Source: a bacterium (lineage in GTDB: Bacteria; Krumholzibacteriota; Krumholzibacteriia; LZORAL124-64-63). From it: a stretch of 64,000 nt of DNA. The DNA is taken from contig JANOEP010000009.1 in the NCBI GenBank assembly GCA_031441465.1, positions 122,149 to 186,148 of the forward strand, given 5' to 3'. The position numbers and the translations under genes are program-made. Shown here piece by piece: positions 57,261 through 64,000 of this stretch (the stretch's first letter is position 1; every line of letters starts with the position of its first letter). The notes beneath the pieces are model-generated. The model made no database searches and was not told where the DNA came from. It worked only from the letters and a program-made list of their open reading frames with translations.

Positions 57261-60200
57261 TTACTTCAGAAGAGTCATGCGTTGCGTCGCCTGATGATCG
57301 CCGGCGACGAAGCGATAGAAGTACATCCCGGACGCCGCGGATTCGCCGTCATTGGTCCTGCCGTTCCAGACTACGGCATGATCGCCGGATCCCTTGGCTT
57401 CCCCATCCAATAGGGTCATCACAAGCCGGCCGACGACATCGAAGATCTCCAAGTGCACCTTTGCCGGCTCGGGCAGCGTGTAGGAGATGGTCGTCGAGGG
57501 ATTGAAGGGGTTCGGGTGGTTGCCGATCCGGAATGTCAGATCGATCGGAGGCGTCTCGACGCCGGTCGTTGTGGACTCGACCACCTCGAGGCGCTGGTTG
57601 ACCGCAGTCACCAGGACTTCCTGGATCATGCCGGTAGGCCAGATGACCCGCAGCGTCGCCTCGAAGGCATCGCCGATACCGAAGTGACATGTCGTCGGGG
57701 CTTGGACGAGGTATCCAGCCGGAGCAACATGACGGACCTGGGTCATTCCGTCCGCTACCAGTTCGACACGAGCGCCGAGACCGTAGCGGTTGGAGTTCGT
57801 ACCGGAGAGCTTCACCTGCAACCAATTGCCGCCGATGAGTCCGTTGCGGAACATCCGGTTCGGCACGCCTTGCCATGAGTGGTTCGAGACGTACAGATCC
57901 AGATCGCCGTCGCGGTCGTCGTCGGCGAACGCTGCTCCCCAGGGTGTCATCGCCGCAGTCGCCAGGTCGCCACACGTGGAGTCGGCGAAGCTCCCGTTGT
58001 GCAGGTTCTGGAACAACTTGTTGGTGCCGTCGACATTGGTCAGGAACAGGTCCAGCCAGCCGTCGTTGTCGTAATCACCCCACACGCAGGTGCGGCCGTC
58101 GCCCTCGTCGCCGGTGACGGCGTCGGTGGCGTCGCTAAACACGCCCGCGTCGTTGTGGAACAGCTTGTTGGCGCCATCCTTATTCACGACATAGAGGTCC
58201 AGCCAGCCGTCGTTGTCGTAGTCTCCCCAGGCGCAGCCCTTGCAACTGGCGGCGAAGTCCACGGGAGCCGCCGACACGTCGATGAAGCCCGCGCCGCGAT
58301 CGTTGCGGAACAGCTTGTTGGGGCCGTCCTTGATCGTGACGTAGAGGTCGGGATCGCCGTCGTTGTCGTAGTCGCCGAAAGCGCAGCCACGCGACCAGCC
58401 GGAGAACGACGCAGGGTCACCGACCAGATCGGTGAACACGCCGCCGTCGTTGCGCAGCAGCTTGCTGCGGGCGTTGTCGCAAGTTAGGTAGAGATCGATG
58501 TCGCCGTCGAGATCCCAGTCCGCCCATACGCCGGAAGTGTTCTGGCCGGGATCGCCGAGCGGCCCCTCCGTTACTTCGGCGAACTCACCGCCGTCGTTGC
58601 GATAGAGGGCATTGGCCGTACCGTAGTTGACGACGTAGAGGTCGAGATCGCCGTCGTTGTCGTAATCGCCCCAACAACCGGCACGCGAATCGCCTTCGCC
58701 GCCGAGGCTCACGTCCAACTTGACGAAGTTCCCGCCGCCGTCGTTGCGGAGCAGCCGGTTGGGCCCGTTGTTGGCGAGGAACAGGTCGTCGTCACCATCG
58801 CCGTCGTAATCGCCCCAAGAGACGCTGTGGCCGTCGATGGTGTCGCCTAGGGGGACGGTGGTGGCGTCGGTCCAGAGGCAGCCGGAGACGCCGCCCGAGA
58901 TAACCAATGAATAAGGGTCGCTCGACTCAGAATCCGCCGTCACGATCATTTCTCCGCTCACCGCCGAGAGGGGCAGCCGCACGACAATACTGTGATCTCC
59001 CCAACTCATAATGTCGCCGTCAACCAATCGGTGTCCTGAGAGAGTCACGTTGTGAGTATCCGAACTGCGGGCGCCTGGTCCAGGATCTATCCCGAAAAGG
59101 CGGCCGATGATTTCCATATCATCACCTGGAGAAGGCTCAACGGGATCGACCCCATCGATCACAGGGCCGCAGGCGAGCCCTGTCAGCATCGTAGAAGCAA
59201 CATGCTGTGCACCGGAGATGTCCGTGACCCGCAACGAGATCGTCACCTCACCTGCCGACAGAAGCGAAACACACGGGGTTGGACCCGTTGCCTCGTCGAA
59301 GGTACCGTCGCCGTTCAAATCCCATTCGAATCCAAGATTCTCGGTCGGTGTTCCATCGATATCGTAGGAGGCCGTCCCGTCCAGGCACAGCGTTTCCCCC
59401 ACACAGATCATATACGGCTCACCTGGATTGGCGATAGGCGGCTCGTTCGGCACAGCGTAGAGGACCTCAAACTGGACAATTTCTTGAAAGCCGACACCGT
59501 TGCGGACTGTGATCGTAGTGATGCCGGGTCCACAAGCCGTGACAATACCGTTGGGATCGACTTGGGCGATCGAGGGGTTCGCCACTGCATACGTCGTTCC
59601 AAGCGTACTCGCTGACACCACAACGTGCTTACCGGACGATGTCTCGCCCGTCAGGAATATCCGAGATGTCTCGCCGGGGCGGTTTACCACCAGATGTGGC
59701 GTTGCCAAATTTAATGACGTAAACGGCACCGACGGTTGAATCGTAAAGGTATGGAAGATGCTACTGATGACTTCATCCTCGCCAACGGCGGCAACTTTGA
59801 TCGCAACGACTCCAACCGTGCCGGAGTCGGGAGTCCAAGTTATCGCACCGGTATCCGGATCTAGTTCTAGGAAAACATCGTCGCCGATCATCACGAAACT
59901 AGATGAGACGGGTTGCCCGAAATCGACCTGGATTGGAATCACCGCCCCTTCCGACCATAAACTTCCTGCAGCGGGAGAAAGCACTGTGATCTCACCGACG
60001 CGATTAGCTACCGAAAGATCCAAGTAGACAAGACCGAGCTCTGTTTCGACCGGCGGGAGGGATCCGGCCAACGTTACATTGACTCCACTGGGAGCTGGGA
60101 AGCCGCTGGAAACTAGGCCGTTGCAGGCGTCGCCCAGTTCAATAATGCGTTCGACTTCATTGGCAATGACCAACTGTTTTGGAGATTCAGTGTGTTCACC

Positions 60201-62303
60201 AGCAATGCCATTCGAGAATGTAAGGCCTGCACTGTTGAGCCCCCCCACCTGGCTAGAGCGCGGCACAATGTAGTCATGCTGCTCGGCTCCGTAGAGTAGC
60301 GTGGGGTACAGATCCCCGAAGCAAATGATGCTTGCTACAGGGAGCATGCCCAACCACCCAGTCTCACCGTGAGCCAAGGCAAATGCATCTGTGCCCCCTA
60401 CCCCGACGAAGGCATGTGCACGAGTCCGTGACTGACCAAGTGCCATGATTGCGGGGCTAAATGTCTCGAGGTTACGGACAGATTCTCCATATGATCTAGC
60501 CGCATTCATTAACTGAAAGCAACCCCACTCAAAAAAGTTATTCTTTGATGTATAGTAGTCTGCAAACCCAGATCCGTAATGAGGTGTGTCGATCGTTATA
60601 AGCATATCGACCGAACCTTCATTGTAGTTATCGTCGTTATTGAAGCTCGATTCCGACATCCATTTTCTTGTAAGAAGTCCACCCATACTATGGGCGACAA
60701 CCTGAACTTGGGAGCACGCAATACCCAAATTGTGGTATATATTGATCCACTTGATTGCCGCTTGCTTAACTAATGGGTAAAGCGCATTAAAGCCGATATG
60801 TGTCCGGTTGTCGTAGTCTACAAACTCGTTGCCAACGCCAAGCCGTTGTACCATGGCACTATAGTAACCCGATTCAATCCAAGTGTTTCTGCTGTTCTTC
60901 CAGATGCCGTGGACAAAAATGATGGGCGGCCGGTCTAAGTGGATATACTCTTGCTGTTCCGAATCCGGCGAGCCATCATCAGGGCTGAAAGATGCCATGA
61001 CTCTGAGAGTCCTGGAGTTCAATTCATTTTCCTGCGATGTAAATAAGGATCCCGGTGGCCGGTAGATAATAAACGCCTGCTTCCCTCTGCTTGTAGCATA
61101 AGTATGCGCGTCAACAGATATACCTTCGTGGGTTGAATTTAACGGCGTTAGTGAACCGAGAGGCTCGCCTGGATATGTGTCATCGAGTACTCGCACACTC
61201 AGTGTGCCCGGCTGGCTTGCAGTGTACCTGAGAAAGAGCCGACTCGTCCCGTCTGTAACACAACGACTGCGTTCGATCCCTCTCGTGGCGACATCCTCAG
61301 GATTGATCTGCTGGTTAATGACAGCCACTCTTAGCGAATACGGCGCTGCATCAAGTATGACGAGTGCGCTCGCGATGCAGCCGATAGGATCGCTCCAGGT
61401 CGCCGTCGAGTAATCTCCAACTGCGCCGTGCTCATCTATAGACCTGACCTGAACCCGCCAGAGATCGCCGACGACAGTGTCCTCGGCCGGCACTGTTGCC
61501 CCATCGTGCTCACCACGATCCGCAAAAGCATCCTCGACATATTGTCCCGTCCCGACGTCGACAAACCACTCGAATTGGTATGTAACGGAGTCGCCATTCG
61601 GATCTGGTGGGTTCGGCCCCACGATCTGGACGGTCAAATCGTCATCATTTGCCGGACATGCAGGCATAACTACGAGATCGGGCTCGTATGGGGCCGTATT
61701 GCTCTCGCTAAGTGTGTACGTGATCCGCAACTCGCAATAATCCAACGTTGTCGCCCAGTGGTTCTCGTTGTGGTGCATGTCGATATCGCACCATACATTG
61801 ATGTTGCCATCGTCGATGATCGAACTCATCTGGATGTTGAACGTTGTCACGGACCACGTAGCGTTATTGCCCTGAAGATATCCGGGGTCGAGGAGTGAAC
61901 CGTCGACATGGATGCCGTCATATTCGCCCTCATACCCATGACTGGTCTCGGAGTCGACATCCCAGGCGACGATCGTCAACGTGGCTTCGTTGATCAGCAG
62001 ATCTGGATCATCCCAGAATGGGAACGTATGCATCCACCCATAGTTTTGGTTGTACCAACTGTAAATTCCAAACCCATAAGAACCCGGGGGGGTGTAGTTA
62101 GGGGGAGTACTGTATTCGTCGATAACCTGGATGAACGTGAAAGATCCATCGGGATTATTGATGATCTGTTGCGATGTCGGTGATCGGAGTTCATTCGGTG
62201 GAGGAGGAAGCAATGTCCCGAGATCGTCAGCAGCAATCGCGGAACCGGCGGCCACAATAAAACCCAGCATGAAGGCGAAATACATTGCTAGACGTTTTCG
62301 CAT
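57261..62303 (-). CDS. large secreted multidomain protein: alpha/beta hydrolase, Big2/PKD/IPT-like domains, FG-GAP repeats, ASPIC/UnbV, FlgD-Ig tail
   Basis: ATG 62303 with GGAGGAG; FVHGI, AHSMGG, TPHYGS; WDLNGDG; repeated WGDYDNDG.LDL; HFGIG; HPNPFNP...RMTLLK. Confidence 0.85.
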   Translation of the reverse strand: MRKRLAMYFAFMLGFIVAAGSAIAADDLGTLLPPPPNELRSPTSQQIINNPDGSFTFIQVIDEYSTPPNYTPPGSYGFGIYSWYNQNYGWMHTFPFWDDPDLLINEATLTIVAWDVDSETSHGYEGEYDGIHVDGSLLDPGYLQGNNATWSVTTFNIQMSSIIDDGNINVWCDIDMHHNENHWATTLDYCELRITYTLSESNTAPYEPDLVVMPACPANDDDLTVQIVGPNPPDPNGDSVTYQFEWFVDVGTGQYVEDAFADRGEHDGATVPAEDTVVGDLWRVQVRSIDEHGAVGDYSTATWSDPIGCIASALVILDAAPYSLRVAVINQQINPEDVATRGIERSRCVTDGTSRLFLRYTASQPGTLSVRVLDDTYPGEPLGSLTPLNSTHEGISVDAHTYATSRGKQAFIIYRPPGSLFTSQENELNSRTLRVMASFSPDDGSPDSEQQEYIHLDRPPIIFVHGIWKNSRNTWIESGYYSAMVQRLGVGNEFVDYDNRTHIGFNALYPLVKQAAIKWINIYHNLGIACSQVQVVAHSMGGLLTRKWMSESSFNNDDNYNEGSVDMLITIDTPHYGSGFADYYTSKNNFFEWGCFQLMNAARSYGESVRNLETFSPAIMALGQSRTRAHAFVGVGGTDAFALAHGETGWLGMLPVASIICFGDLYPTLLYGAEQHDYIVPRSSQVGGLNSAGLTFSNGIAGEHTESPKQLVIANEVERIIELGDACNGLVSSGFPAPSGVNVTLAGSLPPVETELGLVYLDLSVANRVGEITVLSPAAGSLWSEGAVIPIQVDFGQPVSSSFVMIGDDVFLELDPDTGAITWTPDSGTVGVVAIKVAAVGEDEVISSIFHTFTIQPSVPFTSLNLATPHLVVNRPGETSRIFLTGETSSGKHVVVSASTLGTTYAVANPSIAQVDPNGIVTACGPGITTITVRNGVGFQEIVQFEVLYAVPNEPPIANPGEPYMICVGETLCLDGTASYDIDGTPTENLGFEWDLNGDGTFDEATGPTPCVSLLSAGEVTISLRVTDISGAQHVASTMLTGLACGPVIDGVDPVEPSPGDDMEIIGRLFGIDPGPGARSSDTHNVTLSGHRLVDGDIMSWGDHSIVVRLPLSAVSGEMIVTADSESSDPYSLVISGGVSGCLWTDATTVPLGDTIDGHSVSWGDYDGDGDDDLFLANNGPNRLLRNDGGGNFVKLDVSLGGEGDSRAGCWGDYDNDGDLDLYVVNYGTANALYRNDGGEFAEVTEGPLGDPGQNTSGVWADWDLDGDIDLYLTCDNARSKLLRNDGGVFTDLVGDPASFSGWSRGCAFGDYDNDGDPDLYVTIKDGPNKLFRNDRGAGFIDVSAAPVDFAASCKGCAWGDYDNDGWLDLYVVNKDGANKLFHNDAGVFSDATDAVTGDEGDGRTCVWGDYDNDGWLDLFLTNVDGTNKLFQNLHNGSFADSTCGDLATAAMTPWGAAFADDDRDGDLDLYVSNHSWQGVPNRMFRNGLIGGNWLQVKLSGTNSNRYGLGARVELVADGMTQVRHVAPAGYLVQAPTTCHFGIGDAFEATLRVIWPTGMIQEVLVTAVNQRLEVVESTTTGVETPPIDLTFRIGNHPNPFNPSTTISYTLPEPAKVHLEIFDVVGRLVMTLLDGEAKGSGDHAVVWNGRTNDGESAASGMYFYRFVAGDHQATQRMTLLK

Positions 62304-62951
62304 GAAGCTCCTCCTAATGACGGAATTACATCGATGCCTCCGGGAATGACGATAAGAGCGAATATTTTTAAAGCGACACAGCCGCAGCAATAGGTTGGGC
62401 GAGTTACATAGTGTATTCCAGCGCACATGAGTTGTAAAGATAAATCGAACTGAATTCAGCTCACTATTCTATTGTCGTGTGCATACAAAACACGAAGAGG
62501 CGGTTCATTCCCGGCGTTTCTCCTGATCCAGGTAAATTCGACGAGAAGTCGATCCATCAAGGCAGGTTCCCGGGCTCTCTGGTGGCTCTTCGCAGCCAAT
62601 TTCATTTCTCTCAGGTGACGCTGGGAGGCATGAGGGTGCGATTGTACTGCGTTCATAACAGCAAACATGCGATCAGCACTCTTCAGGCAACGGCCGCATG
62701 AATGGCGGCTTGTTAGGTGCTTTTTTCAATAATGGGTATGTCGCATTAGACGTTCGATCGTTCAACATACTAACTTGCGAAGATAGGATTTAAATCGTCC
62801 GGAAAACGCCCGGTTTTCGTTTCCGAAAACGGCATTGACTCCCCCTTGATGTTCTGATTCAATTACACGGTTCTTATAAAGAACAGGGAATTTCTTGTCG
62901 ACGTCCTGTTGTTCATTCCACTTAATGCTTTAATTTACTGGAGGGCTGCGC

Positions 62952-63695
62952 GTGAAAAAACTTACTCCTACATTACTTTGTCTGATCGTAATCACGATCG
63001 CTACAGCTGGAGCTACGAAAGACATCCCTCCTCAAGAAATCACCCTAAGCACAACGATGGCCGTGCTGGATACCGTCCCGGGGTTTCCGTGGGAACAGAC
63101 TAAAGATGGTGTCACTATTAAGCTCGTTCCTGTTCCATTCGAGCCTTATGTCGTTTATGGCAAGTCGCTCGTTGAAAAACCAAAGGGAATGCTCTCCATT
63201 AGTGGCGGCACTGCGTTGAAGTACCTCGTCACAGACGAACCACTATGCTATGGATTTAATCCGGACGACTTGAGTTTTCAACTCCATATCACCAACCACA
63301 TGACGCATGTACTCCGCTTCGCTGGTTGCGTGGTTTCCTTTACAGCTGACGGAAAAAGTTTACCGCTTAACACTCAAACACAAGATGAGCTCGTTAAATC
63401 AATCATCCTGCCGCAGGGTACTTTTGACCTAGTGATCAAAGGACCTAGGATAAGCCCAACGAACCCAGGCGACACCACCAGCATCCTCGACAACACTAAG
63501 ACGATCATGTTCTCTATATACGATGTCACCACAGAGGTCGATGCAGCAAATAACCCAACAAAAAAAGCAACGTTCGAGTGGATTTTCGCGAATAATCCGA
63601 AGGCTGTAAGCGGCATTTTCCTCAAAACGGTAACAGAAGTAAAACTCGAACCAGCAGATGCAGCCAAGCAGAATGGCACAGTTTATACCAAGTAG
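62952..63695 (+). CDS. low-GC exported hypothetical protein
   Basis: GGAGG RBS, GTG start, MKK plus hydrophobic signal; terminator downstream. Confidence 0.7.
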   Translation: MKKLTPTLLCLIVITIATAGATKDIPPQEITLSTTMAVLDTVPGFPWEQTKDGVTIKLVPVPFEPYVVYGKSLVEKPKGMLSISGGTALKYLVTDEPLCYGFNPDDLSFQLHITNHMTHVLRFAGCVVSFTADGKSLPLNTQTQDELVKSIILPQGTFDLVIKGPRISPTNPGDTTSILDNTKTIMFSIYDVTTEVDAANNPTKKATFEWIFANNPKAVSGIFLKTVTEVKLEPADAAKQNGTVYTK

Positions 63696-63720
63696 TTTTG
63701 CACATGCGATTCGGCCAATG

Positions 63721-63774
63721 CTTGCTGGTTACTGATGGGATGTTAGATCCCAAACGTAGCCAGCAAGTTTTTTT
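63721..63774 (+). terminator. intrinsic terminator
   Basis: CTTGCTGG...GGGAT/ATCCC...CCAGCAAG, then T7. Confidence 0.65.
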
Positions 63775-63779
63775 ACTAA

Positions 63780-64000
63780 GGGCCTGTCACAAAATAACTG
63801 ACTCATTTACCTTGCCGCAGTAGCACGGGGATGAATCGTGTAGTTCCAATCTCCATGAAAGCGGTGTCGCTGCAGATTGAGGCTTGCCATCTGTTCGTCC
63901 GTGACGAACACGCCGCTCGGATAGCTGTTTTGATCGATCTCCGTTCGCACCCTCAACCCCGTTGTCGTTCGGGTGGACCCGATGAGGCTGACGATGGTTG
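63780..64000 (-). mobile_element. right end of an ISAzo13-family insertion sequence
   Basis: Terminal sequence GGGCCTGTCACAAAATAA after TAA; transposase C-terminus ends 27 nt inside. Confidence 0.8.
63807..64000 (-). CDS. ISAzo13-family transposase, C-terminal part (not in ORF track)
   Basis: Hand translation: TIVSLIGSTRTTTGLRVRTEIDQNSYPSGVFVTDEQMASLNLQRHRFHGDWNYTIHPRATAAR*. Confidence 0.85.
   Translation of the reverse strand, partial: TIVSLIGSTRTTTGLRVRTEIDQNSYPSGVFVTDEQMASLNLQRHRFHGDWNYTIHPRATAAR

Noticed and set aside
62653..62718. attC-like hairpin (TCATAAC...CATGCG/CGCATG...GTTAGGT)
   Set aside because: The R boxes are only partly complementary, arm spacing is asymmetric, and there is no second site or integrase.

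Overview
High-GC bacterial genomic window. The lineage is probably an FCB-related candidate phylum such as Krumholzibacteriota, Latescibacterota or Eisenbacteria; this is inferred only from four secreted proteins ending in a PNPFNP...MxLxK FlgD-Ig-type tail and an exbB-exbD-exbD-tonB-pstS-like cluster. Positions 1-41 kb look mostly core. They hold a proteolytic set (two tricorn/S41 proteases, PepF, an S8 protease), a two-subunit RND pump, a TPR-ExbBDD-TonB cluster, and a split polyamine pathway: speA plus a fused membrane/spermidine-synthase-like gene, and speB plus a deoxyhypusine/homospermidine synthase-like gene. The speB operon is preceded by a 48-aa, two-thirds acidic ORF whose stop overlaps the speB start. 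Positions 41-64 kb look accessory. They contain a lone hydE, a nucleotidyltransferase/HTH gene pair, a c-di-AMP riboswitch-controlled KimA-like transporter, and two orphan antitoxins, one with an apparently deleted toxin. The antitoxins flank a low-GC TPR/sigma-54 activator island whose flanks are strongly strand-skewed. Further right lie an 11-repeat Ig-like lipoprotein, a mosaic secreted lipase-like protein, and the end of an ISAzo13 element. No rRNA, tRNA or CRISPR array was seen. All family calls come from motif recognition, not database searches.
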